A stretch of 63,803 nt of DNA, the filler included, from an uncultured Ignavibacteriales bacterium (lineage in GTDB: Bacteria > Zixibacteria > MSB-5A5 > GN15 > JAAZOE01), in assembly GCA_964611355.1 (NCBI GenBank). It is 4 parts of 4 records of this genome, joined end to end, with 100 filler letters (N's around TTAATTAATTAA, not from the genome) between each part and the next. Parts side by side here need not be neighbours in the genome. Positions count along the whole stretch, not along the records: positions 1 to 19,345 come from CAZSYD010000043.1; 3 more parts are not named here. One strand, 5' to 3'. This document shows positions 1 to 9,543 of this stretch, piece by piece (within the stretch, counting starts at the first letter, position 1; each line of letters opens with the position of its first letter). The notes beneath the pieces were generated by a model, which made no database searches, was not told where the DNA came from, and saw only the letters and a list, made by a program, of their open reading frames with translations. Made by a program: the position numbers and the translations under genes.

Positions 1-159
1 CTCAACAGGATATTTCTACTTTGCTTAAATAGGACATTATCACTTTGCGGGAACAAGATAGAATTAGCCGGATGACAACGCAGTTGGCTTGCCATTTCAG
101 GGACGACGACGGCAGGCTACTACGCGGTATCGGCTATTTAATAATAAATAAAGCCGAAA

Positions 160-387
160 CTACTGCGCGGGCGGAGGATCTTTAACCTTATCATTGAGCG
201 GTTTGCCTTCCGGGATGATTGCCCACCCGACGATATAGGTAATAATTATAGGCAGGAAGGCGGTTACAAATCCCAGAAAGATCACTCCCAGCCTGACGAT
301 GGTCGGATCGATATCATAAATCTCACTCAGGCCTCCGCAAATGCCGCCGAGTTTTTTGTCGGTCGAGGATCGGTATAATTTCGTCAT
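160..387 (-). CDS. PspC domain-containing protein
   Basis: KLYRSSTDKKLGGICGGLSE..IDPTIVRL..YIVGWAIIP is the typical PspC signature, with one hydrophobic segment. Confidence 0.9.
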   Translation of the reverse strand: MTKLYRSSTDKKLGGICGGLSEIYDIDPTIVRLGVIFLGFVTAFLPIIITYIVGWAIIPEGKPLNDKVKDPPPAQ

Positions 388-400
388 ACTTGTCCTTATA

Positions 401-425
401 TACGAGTCTGCACGTTACGAGTTGC
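401..425 (-). promoter_or_regulatory. Putative ECF-sigma promoter (GCAAC-N16-CGTA)
   Basis: Minus strand reads GCAAC-tcgtaacgtgcagact-CGTATA just upstream of the AAGGA RBS of the PspC gene. Confidence 0.45.
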
Positions 426-468
426 GGTTAAATCAAATATGAAATCTGCGTGGCTCCCAAAACGGTAC

Positions 469-1044
469 TTATTGGCGCTTGTACCTGCCCATTAATTGGC
501 CTTCGGCCAGGATATGACCCTCCATGGCCGTCAGCAGGTCGCTTTTGGTCACCCGGCCCGATAATCCCAGCATCGCATCGAGTGCATAAACCTTGAAGAA
601 ATACCGATGCGTGCCGCTCGGGGGACAGGGCCCGCCGTATCCGAACCGGCCAAAATCAGAAATGCCGTGCAGCGCGCCGTTGGCCAGCGTTTCATCCGGT
701 GGAATATTCCCCTGCAAGTCTCTCGTGTCGGGCGGCAGATTATACAGCACCCAGTGAACCCAGGTGCCCATGGGGGCGTCCGGGTCATCCGATATCAGGG
801 CTATGCTTTTAGTTTCCTCGGGGATGCCCTCGATTTTCAAAGGAGGCGAGATATCTTTTCCGTCACACGTGTAAATGCCGGGTATCATTTTTCCTTCTTC
901 GAAGGCCGAACTGGTAACCGTAATAGCCATGGTCGCTTCTCCTTTTGGCGATATTTCTTGCATTTTCTCTGCTTGTTTCTTTTCCTGACATGCCGAAAGC
1001 AGCAGACCCGCCGTCAGCGCAAAACAGATTAAACCTCTCATCAT
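469..1044 (-). CDS. YbhB/YbcL family (PEBP/Raf kinase inhibitor-like) protein, probable lipoprotein
   Basis: DPDAP, W.HWVLYN, GYGGPCPP and HRY.F motifs; N-terminal lipobox LSAC. Confidence 0.92.
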   Translation of the reverse strand: MMRGLICFALTAGLLLSACQEKKQAEKMQEISPKGEATMAITVTSSAFEEGKMIPGIYTCDGKDISPPLKIEGIPEETKSIALISDDPDAPMGTWVHWVLYNLPPDTRDLQGNIPPDETLANGALHGISDFGRFGYGGPCPPSGTHRYFFKVYALDAMLGLSGRVTKSDLLTAMEGHILAEGQLMGRYKRQ

Positions 1045-1059
1045 GCACTACCTCTCCGG

Positions 1060-2136
1060 TTATGCACCCGCCCCGGCAGCGGCAAGCTGGATTTCCTGCT
1101 CGTGCCGGCGGAGAGATTCGATTAACTCCCTCAGATCACCGTTGAGGATCGCCTGCAGTTTATGCAGCGTCAGGCCAATCCGGTGATCGGTAACGCGGCC
1201 CTGGGGAAAGTTATAAGTGCGAATCTTGGCTGACCGGTCGCCGGAGCCGACCATCGACTTCCGCTCGGCGGCAATCCTGCTCTGCTGTTCGCGCGCCGCC
1301 CGGTCAAGCAGGCGTGCCCGCAGGACTTTCATCGCCTTGACTTTGTTCTTTAACTGTGATTTTTCATCCTGACAGGTAACGACCAGGCCGGTCGGCAGGT
1401 GGGTGATACGGACGGCCGAATCGGTTGTGTTGACCGACTGACCCCCGGGACCGGAACTGTGATAAACGTCAACTTTGAGTTCCGTATCTTTAATTTCGAT
1501 ATCGATTTCTTCCGCCTCAGGGAGGATAGCCACCGAGGCGGCCGAGGTGTGGATGCGCCCGGAGCTTTCGGTGGCCGGCACTCGCTGAACCCGGTGCACG
1601 CCCGATTCGAATTTTAGTTTTGAATAGGCGGCGTCACCGGTAATACCGAAGACTACTTCCTTTATGCCGCCGACGCCGGTCGGACTGCTCGAAAGCGTCT
1701 CCACCTTCCAACCCTGATCTTCGGCATAGCGGCTGTACATCCGGAAAAGATCGGCGGCAAAAAGAGCCGCTTCCTCACCGCCGGTACCGGCCCTGATTTC
1801 AACCACGACGTCTTTGTCGTCATTGGGATCGCGCGGCAGGAGCATAACCCGAAGCTTCTTTTCCAGCTTTTCAATTTCAGGACCTGTCTCTTCCAGTTCG
1901 GCGCGGGCTATTTCAACCAGGTCGGGATCATCGCCGGCCTTAATAATTTCTTTTGCTTCCTCAATGCGGGCCAGCATCCGGCGGTACTGATTTCCGACCT
2001 CGTGGATTTCCCTGAGACGCCGGTGCTCGCGCGAAAGCGATTTAAGTTTGTTCCGGTCGTGGAGCACTCCGGGATCGGCTAATCCTTCCGAAACGTTGCG
2101 ATAACGGTCATCGATTTTATCCAGCAATTTGAGCAT
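1060..2136 (-). CDS. prfA: Peptide chain release factor 1
   Basis: [21 protein letters not shown] (PxT RF1 specificity motif), GPGGQ and IRTYNFPQ. Start moved to the ATG at 2136, which follows a GAGG RBS. Confidence 0.97.
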   Translation of the reverse strand: MLKLLDKIDDRYRNVSEGLADPGVLHDRNKLKSLSREHRRLREIHEVGNQYRRMLARIEEAKEIIKAGDDPDLVEIARAELEETGPEIEKLEKKLRVMLLPRDPNDDKDVVVEIRAGTGGEEAALFAADLFRMYSRYAEDQGWKVETLSSSPTGVGGIKEVVFGITGDAAYSKLKFESGVHRVQRVPATESSGRIHTSAASVAILPEAEEIDIEIKDTELKVDVYHSSGPGGQSVNTTDSAVRITHLPTGLVVTCQDEKSQLKNKVKAMKVLRARLLDRAAREQQSRIAAERKSMVGSGDRSAKIRTYNFPQGRVTDHRIGLTLHKLQAILNGDLRELIESLRRHEQEIQLAAAGAGA

Positions 2137-2222
2137 AACAACCTCAGGTACTAACAAAATATAGACTGTAGCGAATAACCTGGCAAGGCTAATCGGTTAT
2201 CGGAATCCGGATGGTAAGGCAG

Positions 2223-3188
2223 CTAAACGGGAACCCGCCTGACGGAAAGGTTGGATTCCTTGATTTCCATCACTGTTTCCAGGGCTACGATGGCGACCTC
2301 CAACTGGTCGTAGGTCGGCTCGCTGGTGGTAATATTCTGTATCCACAGGCCGGGCAAGATAAGGATTTTGGTCAATTTCGATTCGCGTGTTTTGCCCGAT
2401 AACTTGAGCAGTTCATACGATACCCCGGCCACAAGCGGCAGGAGAGAAAAATGGATTGCAAATCGGGTCATCAGCGCCGGCGGATGACCGGTTATCATTG
2501 CGTAGATCGTATCCGAAACGGAATAAATTAGAATGGCAAAAATGGCGACGATTAGAATAAAGCTGGTACCGCATCTGGGATGCCGACGGGAATACTTGGC
2601 GACGGTTTCCGGGACCAGGTCGGCTCCCGATTCGAAGGCAAAGATCGATTTATGTTCGGCCCCATGATAGGCGAAAACCCGCTTGAAATCGCCAAGAAGC
2701 GATATTCCCCAGACATAACCGATAAACAGGGTAACCCGGATGATGCCGGCTACGATATTGAAAAAAAGGGCGTCTTTTTTAACATTAAGCAGAGTTGACA
2801 AGGCCAGCGGCAGAAAGAAAAAGATGGCAATGCCGAGCGCAAGGGCAAAGACAACCGTCCCGGCCAGAAGCAATGCGTTTGATTTTCGCCGCTTTTCCGT
2901 ATAGACTTCGCCTTTTTGGGCCGCTTCTTCTTTTTCAATTTCCGTCACGGCGGTATCGGCGGAAAAATTAAGCGACCGGATACCGATCACCATCATCTCA
3001 ATAAGTGAAATCGCGCCGCGGACGATCGGCAGACCGAAAAGTTTTTTTCTTTTAGTTACAGAGATATATCGGTCGGATTTAACCCTGATCTCGCCCGAAG
3101 GCACTCTCACGGCCGTGGCGATCCGATCATCAGACCGCATCATAACGCCTTCAATTACCGCCTGTCCGCCGACTGCCAAATCCGGCAT
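2223..3188 (-). CDS. DUF1385 family membrane protein (putative metal-binding)
   Basis: GGQAVIEGVMM, YHGAEHK, HPRCGTSF and PGLW.Q..TT.EP motifs; usual position between rpmE and prfA. Confidence 0.92.
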   Translation of the reverse strand: MPDLAVGGQAVIEGVMMRSDDRIATAVRVPSGEIRVKSDRYISVTKRKKLFGLPIVRGAISLIEMMVIGIRSLNFSADTAVTEIEKEEAAQKGEVYTEKRRKSNALLLAGTVVFALALGIAIFFFLPLALSTLLNVKKDALFFNIVAGIIRVTLFIGYVWGISLLGDFKRVFAYHGAEHKSIFAFESGADLVPETVAKYSRRHPRCGTSFILIVAIFAILIYSVSDTIYAMITGHPPALMTRFAIHFSLLPLVAGVSYELLKLSGKTRESKLTKILILPGLWIQNITTSEPTYDQLEVAIVALETVMEIKESNLSVRRVPV

Positions 3189-3323
3189 AAAACACCTGAA
3201 AAATTAATGACTACTTAGCAAACCTGCCGCAATAAACAACCGGGTCAAAAAGCGATAGCTAATTAACCCCGGTATTCTCAAAAAATATACGGGCGGGATT
3301 TTCTCCCGCAATGGAATAAAAAC

Positions 3324-3533
3324 CTATTTTTCTTTATTCAACTTATACTTCCGGCGGAAACGTTCCACCCGACCCGCCGTATCAACCAGTTTCTGCTTGC
3401 CGGTGAAAAAGGGGTGGCAACTGGAGCAGATTTCAACCTTGATATTTTCCACGGTCGACCGGGTTTCGATGACGTTTCCACAGGCGCAGGTGATTTTGGC
3501 CGGTTTATAATCGGGATGAATTTTCGGTTTCAT
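3324..3533 (-). CDS. rpmE: 50S ribosomal protein L31 (zinc-binding type)
   Basis: [20 protein letters not shown] and GRVERF. Confidence 0.98.
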   Translation of the reverse strand: MKPKIHPDYKPAKITCACGNVIETRSTVENIKVEICSSCHPFFTGKQKLVDTAGRVERFRRKYKLNKEK

Positions 3534-3659
3534 CGGTCTATCCTTATTCTACAGCCGTCTAATAAGACATTGCTGTTACTATTAACCCAAAACAGCGGCC
3601 AATATAATAGTTTTCGACAGAAAGGCAAGCGATTTTAGCGCCAACGCCGGTTGAAACGG

Positions 3660-4592
3660 TCACGGAAGAATTTCTTTGTCCAGCAACTTCCATAGGAAAC
3701 CATCCGTTCCAGTCAGCCGCTTTTTGGCTTTGGCGCGATCAATCCCCAAATGGTGCATGACAATCGCCAGCTTGACCGAGCCGTCGGAAGATTTCAAAAG
3801 CCGGTCGGCTTCCTCATATTCGATATCCAGAAGGTCGATCAGGATTTTTCGCGACCGGGCAACCAGTTTGTCCGAGGTGGCGCGCAGGTCAACCATCAGG
3901 TTGCCGTAGCACTTGCCCAGGAGAACCATAGCAGTAGTAGAGATCATGTTGAGAGTCATTTTCTGCGCCGTTCCCGATTTCATCCGGGTTGAACCGGTAA
4001 TCACTTCCGGCCCGACCTCGAGCTGAATCATAATATCCGGCTTGAAGTCAATTTGGCCCACGCGGTTGCAAACAACAAGCGTTGTTGCGGCTCCGATATC
4101 AATAGCGTACCTGATACCGGCGATAGTGTATGGGGTTTTGATCGAGGCCGCCAGCCCGACCAGCATATCGTCGGCGTTGAAATTAAACTTCCGCAAATCA
4201 GGCGGCGCTTGCCTGGCCTGATCCTCAATACCTTCAGCCGAACGGATCAGGGTATCGCGGCCGCCGGCGATTACGCCGATCACCTGCGACGGATCGGCGC
4301 CGAAGGTGGGCGGACATTCTGCGGCATCGAGAACCCCCAGCCTTCCCGACGTCCCGGCGCCGAGATAGAAAAGACGACCGCCATTTTTGAGAACTTCCGC
4401 CGCTTTTTCAGCCGCCCGGGCAATATTGGGTATTTCCTTTTGGACCGCCTCAGCAACAGTTTGGTCTTCTTCGTTTATTATCGTGCAAATCTCGACCGCC
4501 GTCATCCGGTCGAGATTTATGCTTTTGGGGTTGGGTTGTTCCGTACCAAGGCGCTTGAGATGATTGAGCAGTTTCTTTTCCCGGTCGTTCAT
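3660..4592 (-). CDS. murQ: N-acetylmuramic acid 6-phosphate etherase
   Basis: [44 protein letters not shown] and NLMVD. Confidence 0.96.
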   Translation of the reverse strand: MNDREKKLLNHLKRLGTEQPNPKSINLDRMTAVEICTIINEEDQTVAEAVQKEIPNIARAAEKAAEVLKNGGRLFYLGAGTSGRLGVLDAAECPPTFGADPSQVIGVIAGGRDTLIRSAEGIEDQARQAPPDLRKFNFNADDMLVGLAASIKTPYTIAGIRYAIDIGAATTLVVCNRVGQIDFKPDIMIQLEVGPEVITGSTRMKSGTAQKMTLNMISTTAMVLLGKCYGNLMVDLRATSDKLVARSRKILIDLLDIEYEEADRLLKSSDGSVKLAIVMHHLGIDRAKAKKRLTGTDGFLWKLLDKEILP

Positions 4593-5329
4593 TATTCGGA
4601 TACGATGATTGAATCCGGCGCGGCAATGACCATACCGGCTGTCCGACCGGTAATAATGGGGTAAGAGACATTATCAGCCGGGTTGCTGGCGGTCGGAATA
4701 TCAAAGAGAAGCGACGGAAAATCTACCGGCGCTCCAATATAAGAAGCGACGTAAATCATATGCGTGCCAACTATCCGGTCGTTAATGTTGAGGATAAAGG
4801 TTTCGGGAGGAATGGCGCCGGTGATGCCGGAAACGTAATCCTCGTACCCGTCACTGGTGCCGGCCGATTCCGGCGGTTTGGTGGCCAGAATATAGCCGTC
4901 GGTGCCGTCGGAAATGGTCCATGCGACCGGCTCAGCGTTGCCGATAAAGTTACGTAGGGACGGGCCGTCGATGCTGAACGCGCCGGGGAGTGAAATAGTC
5001 AGATTTATATTCAGGAAGGTCGAGTCTTTGATATTAAGTATATAACAGGAATCAACCGCAATCTGAGCCGGAGTAAAGTCTTTACAATATCCACAAACTG
5101 AAGTATCCAGAGCGATTCCGGCCAGGGTTATATCGGCCTTTTTGTAATAACTCCCGTTCCTGATAAACGTCAGGTCAAGGTGAGCCGCGCCGGTCGGTAA
5201 TCTCTTGACCAGCATCGTCTCCACCCGGTAGGTTGCTGTTTGGCCGGGCCTGGTTAAGTCTCCTTCGCAGGCGACCATCAGGACGACGGGTAACAGAGCC
5301 GGGATAAAAAGCGACAATATCTTTTTCAT
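4592..5329 (-). CDS. Hypothetical lipoprotein
   Basis: Signal peptide ending in lipobox MVAC; its stop codon overlaps the murQ start (TAATG). Confidence 0.7.
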   Translation of the reverse strand: MKKILSLFIPALLPVVLMVACEGDLTRPGQTATYRVETMLVKRLPTGAAHLDLTFIRNGSYYKKADITLAGIALDTSVCGYCKDFTPAQIAVDSCYILNIKDSTFLNINLTISLPGAFSIDGPSLRNFIGNAEPVAWTISDGTDGYILATKPPESAGTSDGYEDYVSGITGAIPPETFILNINDRIVGTHMIYVASYIGAPVDFPSLLFDIPTASNPADNVSYPIITGRTAGMVIAAPDSIIVSE

Positions 5330-5467
5330 ATTTCTTTATATCGGAACAGTCCGACGCCTTTTAACAATAGTTATAGTAACAATATCAACGGATAGAGGCA
5401 ATTGATTATCGCCTGCAGGCAACTTTTTATTGCCAATTTCGCCGGTATAGATTTAATTGGAAATATC

Positions 5468-6391
5468 ATGACCAAAAAAACAAAAGAAGCAATAAAAACG
5501 ACGGCCGCCATAATTATTGCAGTGCTGGCCGTTATCCTGCTCTGGATATACCCGCTTAATCAGGCGGGAAAAATAATCGTCCGGGCCGATGAAGAGCTGC
5601 AACCGGCCGGTGTCGAAGAATACGGCCTGGCGGCCGATTCGATGACCGTGACCACCGAAGACAACCTCAAACTATCCGGCCTGGTTTTCGCCGCCGATAG
5701 TGCCAGGGGAACGGTTGTTCTGATTCACGGCCTTTTTGGGGTAAATTCCTCTCAACTTTCCAAAGTCAGGGCTTTCGTCGATGAAGGCTTTAACTCGGTA
5801 GTCTATGACCAGCGGGGCTATGGGAAAAGCGACGGCAAGTATCGTTCCGGCGGTTATTTCGAAGCGAATGATCTCCAGTCGGTAATATCCCGGCTTGATC
5901 TGGAAGATCGTCTTATACATCCCGTTGTCGTCTGGGGCGAGGATCACGGCGCCACGGCCGCCATTCGCGCCTGGGCGCAGGAAAATAGAATTGACTTTGT
6001 GATTGCCGAAAATCCCGTTGTCAACGGACGCGACTGGCAAAAGCGGGTGATTGAACATAAAAACCTTTCCGCGCCGAGTTTATGTCTACCTGTTATCTGG
6101 TGGTGGATGAAACAAGAATCAGGATACGAAATTCCGATTGATGATACCGATATCAGCGACCGTTTCGGCATGGCTGTTGAAAAAAAGCCCGGCCGTATGC
6201 TGTCGATCGCCTGCGGAGACGCCGATAAGGCAGTAAATCCGTATATCGATGAATTGGTGCCGCTGGGCGGAGAGTGGCTGGTTTTGCCCTGCCCGGACGG
6301 AAGCCTGTTTGAAAAGCATAAGGACAGGCTGATGTTTGCGATAATGGAAATGATTCAAACGGACCAGTCTTTGGAAAGTCGGGAGCTTTAG
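5468..6391 (+). CDS. Membrane-anchored alpha/beta hydrolase-fold protein with atypical catalytic residues
   Basis: N-terminal TM helix, VVLIHG and YDQRGYGKSDG; the nucleophile elbow reads WGEDHG. ATG at 5468 preferred over the TTG at 5402. Confidence 0.8.
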   Translation: MTKKTKEAIKTTAAIIIAVLAVILLWIYPLNQAGKIIVRADEELQPAGVEEYGLAADSMTVTTEDNLKLSGLVFAADSARGTVVLIHGLFGVNSSQLSKVRAFVDEGFNSVVYDQRGYGKSDGKYRSGGYFEANDLQSVISRLDLEDRLIHPVVVWGEDHGATAAIRAWAQENRIDFVIAENPVVNGRDWQKRVIEHKNLSAPSLCLPVIWWWMKQESGYEIPIDDTDISDRFGMAVEKKPGRMLSIACGDADKAVNPYIDELVPLGGEWLVLPCPDGSLFEKHKDRLMFAIMEMIQTDQSLESREL

Positions 6392-6411
6392 AAAAAGAGA
6401 ATGGACTTAAG

Positions 6412-7041
6412 ATGAAAAAGATAATCATAACGGTGACCTTGGGGCTTCTAATCATATTTGCTGTGGGATGCAGCCGCTCGGAGACCGCCGATAAAGATAT
6501 CGCGTCCGAAGAACTGCCCTGGAACGATGAAGATACCCTGTACCAATTCAGGAAAGCATGGTGGGGAATGACCATGGATGAAGTCAGGGAATCCGAGGCT
6601 GTCCCGCCCACGCAGGAAAATGAGGAAGTTATTGTTTATCGAGGGAAAACCCTGGGGCTTAAAAGTATCATCGGATACGTATTCAAAGACGATTCGCTCA
6701 CGGCGGGAAGATGTCTGTTCGAACATACTCGGGTGGAAACGGGAGAATATATCAGCGACTTTGAGTACCTGAAAAGCGCTTTCACCGAGAAATACGGCCA
6801 ACCGGCGGCGGATAATATAGAATGGCTCAACCCCCGTTCGGAAAACAAAGACAATCCGGAAAAGGCGCTCCTGGCGGGGGATATGTTCTACTTCGCGATA
6901 TGGAACACGCCGAAAACAAAAATCATGATGACGCTTCGCAAAGAGGAAAAGAAACTTCAATTGGGGTTTGAATATACAAAACAGCTTCTTATCCGCCGAC
7001 ACGATAGCATGAAAACTATCGAGGACACCACCGGTCGATGA
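6412..7041 (+). CDS. Hypothetical lipoprotein
   Basis: Signal peptide with lipobox AVGC; contains FRKAWWGMT.DEV and L.EKYG.P-like motifs seen in exported proteins. Confidence 0.7.
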   Translation: MKKIIITVTLGLLIIFAVGCSRSETADKDIASEELPWNDEDTLYQFRKAWWGMTMDEVRESEAVPPTQENEEVIVYRGKTLGLKSIIGYVFKDDSLTAGRCLFEHTRVETGEYISDFEYLKSAFTEKYGQPAADNIEWLNPRSENKDNPEKALLAGDMFYFAIWNTPKTKIMMTLRKEEKKLQLGFEYTKQLLIRRHDSMKTIEDTTGR

Positions 7042-7050
7042 ACGGATTTT

Positions 7051-7947
7051 CTATCCGATAAACAGCATTGCCACTCCAAAGACGGCGATAATTGCTCCCA
7101 GCACCGAGCGACGGGTCGGGCGTTCCTTGTGGATAATCATTACCAGTGGAATTACCAGCACCGGGAAAGTTGACATAAGCGTTGCGGCAATACCGGCCTC
7201 GGTATATTTAACCGCTACCAGCGAAAGCCAGACCCCGACGGTCGGCCCCAAAAAAGACGCCCCCAAAAGCGCCCGAACGGCGTCCCAATTGATCAGTGAT
7301 TTGATGGTGCCGATTATTTCCCGCCTGGCAGCGGCTGTTATCCAGATGGCCATCCCGGCGGCAACCATTCTAATCAATGTTGCCGACATAGGATTAAATG
7401 TTTCGCCCATACCTTCTTTGGCCAATACCAGTCCCAATGCCTGCCCGGCCGCCCCGCCGACACCCATCAGGATACCGACCGGCCTGGAACCTTCTCGGTT
7501 GTCGATCTTGTTATCCTTTCTGTCGGTCGATACCCAGGTAACGCCCGCCAGCGTGACGAAAATACCGGCTATGGCTATCATACTCAGCCGTTCATCGATC
7601 ATGAAGTAGGCGATCAGGGCGGTCATAACCGGCGCCAGCGACATCATCAACGCCCCGTGCCGCGGGCCGAGGATTACCAGGCAGCGAAAATAGAAGGTGT
7701 CGCCGATAGCAAGACCGATTATGCCCGACAGGGCCAGATAGAGCATAGCGCGGCTGTCATATCCGGTCGGAAACAAATTGCCGTAACAGATGAAAAGGAG
7801 CACTGTTAGAAAGATTGCAGATATTGGGATTCGCAGCTTGTTGACGTTGTATGAACCGATTAAACGTCCGGCGGCGGTGAATAGAATTGTCCCTCCCGCC
7901 CAACAGAAGGCGGTGCCAAGAGCGGCGAGTTCACCTATAAAAAGCAT
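7051..7947 (-). CDS. DMT/EamA family transporter
   Basis: About 10 TM helices in two repeats, each ending in P....I...ER. Confidence 0.9.
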   Translation of the reverse strand: MLFIGELAALGTAFCWAGGTILFTAAGRLIGSYNVNKLRIPISAIFLTVLLFICYGNLFPTGYDSRAMLYLALSGIIGLAIGDTFYFRCLVILGPRHGALMMSLAPVMTALIAYFMIDERLSMIAIAGIFVTLAGVTWVSTDRKDNKIDNREGSRPVGILMGVGGAAGQALGLVLAKEGMGETFNPMSATLIRMVAAGMAIWITAAARREIIGTIKSLINWDAVRALLGASFLGPTVGVWLSLVAVKYTEAGIAATLMSTFPVLVIPLVMIIHKERPTRRSVLGAIIAVFGVAMLFIG

Positions 7948-9113
7948 CAGCTTTTGGCGTCCCTGTTGGTGACAGCAAAGCGCAGGCCGGCGATCAGGCG
8001 GTCGATATCGTTTTGATTATTGTAAAGGTGAACCGACACACGTATCGAACCTTCCCGGAGGGCGGGGATAATCTTTTTCTTTAGCAGCAGGCGGTAAACT
8101 CGCGTGATATCTCCTTTATCGGTCGTGAAGCTGAGAATCGAACTGCGATGCTTTTTCTCCAGCGAACTGGTAATTCGATAAAAAGGTTCCGATTGAAGAT
8201 ATTCTATCAGCCGGTCAAGCAGGTAATGGTTATGCTTTTGTATCTCTTTTATTCCAAGATCAACCAGAAACGAAAGCGTCCAGTCCAGTGACAGAACCTG
8301 CGCGGCCGGATAGGTGCCCATTTCATATTGCTGAGCGGAAGGTTCAAACCGGCGGTCAAAATCACGGAGGTTTGACCAGTCGCATTTCCAGTCAACCCCA
8401 AGCCAGCTTCGCCATGGTGGTATGAGTCGCTTCTTAATTTCATTGGAAACATAAAATATACCCGAACCCTGCGACCCCAGAAGCCATTTCTGACCGCCTG
8501 CAGAAGCCATATCAACGTTCCATTTTTTGACGTTTATCGGTTCCGGCCCGGCTCCCTGGATGGCGTCAACGATAAAAAAGACACCTCGATCGCGGCAGAT
8601 ACCGCCAATCGTCTTAAGATCGTTTTTGTAGCCGTTGAAATACTGGACGAATGAAAGCGAGAGCGCCCTGGTCTTTTTGGTAATGGCTTTGTATAAATTA
8701 TCAATATCAAAAAAGCCGTCTTTACTTTTGAGAAACCTGACTTTGATGCCCCTGTTGCGCAGTTCCAGCCAGGGATAGACGTTGGCTGGAAACTCGATAT
8801 CGGAAAGCAGGACTTCGTCGCCCTTTTTCAACGGCAATCCAAAAGCGGCCAGGTTGATGCCAAAGGTTGTGTTGAAACCGAAGCCGATCTCAGACTTGCG
8901 GCAGCCGAATATCTTCGCCCCGTTACGGCGGATATTGTCGAGCGCTTCAAAAAGTTCTTCCTGAGCACCGATACCGGCCATCCTGGCCAGCTGAAAATGT
9001 TTATCCTGTAATTTGAATGCCGGATCAGGCAGCGGGCCGTTGGAAGCGACGTTAAAATAGACCGACTTTCCCGTATGGGGAAAAAGCCTGCGGATTTGCT
9101 CGACATCAATCAT
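7947..9113 (-). CDS. Aminotransferase class V PLP-dependent enzyme
   Basis: YFNVAS.GP, EFPANVYPW, VDAIQG, GGQKWLLG (PLP lysine), YEMGT and IRVSVHLYN. Confidence 0.9.
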   Translation of the reverse strand: MIDVEQIRRLFPHTGKSVYFNVASNGPLPDPAFKLQDKHFQLARMAGIGAQEELFEALDNIRRNGAKIFGCRKSEIGFGFNTTFGINLAAFGLPLKKGDEVLLSDIEFPANVYPWLELRNRGIKVRFLKSKDGFFDIDNLYKAITKKTRALSLSFVQYFNGYKNDLKTIGGICRDRGVFFIVDAIQGAGPEPINVKKWNVDMASAGGQKWLLGSQGSGIFYVSNEIKKRLIPPWRSWLGVDWKCDWSNLRDFDRRFEPSAQQYEMGTYPAAQVLSLDWTLSFLVDLGIKEIQKHNHYLLDRLIEYLQSEPFYRITSSLEKKHRSSILSFTTDKGDITRVYRLLLKKKIIPALREGSIRVSVHLYNNQNDIDRLIAGLRFAVTNRDAKS

Positions 9114-9123
9114 AATCTTCAGC

Positions 9124-9543
9124 CTACAAGATATATAAATACGAAATAATGCCGTAAATGAGAAGCAGCCTGAGAAGTTGTCCGGCCATTTGGAACAGGG
9201 TAAAAGCGAGCGGCAACTTGATCCTTAAAAAGAAAGTGGCCGCATATGGAATAATGCCCAGCATAAACAGAAGAAGCGCCAGAGATACTCCGGCCCTGAC
9301 GCCGTAAAAAGGAACCAGAACATAAAACCAGCTGTACGTTACGGACGGAAGGACAACCAGGAAAGCCAGTTGAATCAGGTACCGGGAGAAAAAATAACCG
9401 GAACCTCTCTCTTCCAGAAACTCCGGCGGCAACATGGTCGGAAGCCTGAGCTTCTTCTCCAGCAGATACCAGAGAAGCTCAAAAACAAACAACGCCGCTC
9501 CCGCCCACAGCAGGCAGGCCAGGAGAAGTCTCACGCTTATCAT
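9124..9543 (-). CDS. Hypothetical membrane protein (about 4 TM)
   Basis: Hydrophobic ORF; ATG at 9543 overlaps the upstream stop (ATGA). Confidence 0.7.
   Translation of the reverse strand: MISVRLLLACLLWAGAALFVFELLWYLLEKKLRLPTMLPPEFLEERGSGYFFSRYLIQLAFLVVLPSVTYSWFYVLVPFYGVRAGVSLALLLFMLGIIPYAATFFLRIKLPLAFTLFQMAGQLLRLLLIYGIISYLYIL

Noticed and set aside
1060..3533. Absence of prmC from the rpmE-DUF1385-prfA block; possible frameshift in the release factor
   Set aside because: prmC is often located elsewhere; the gene is an uninterrupted RF1 (PAT motif), so no RF2-type frameshift is expected.
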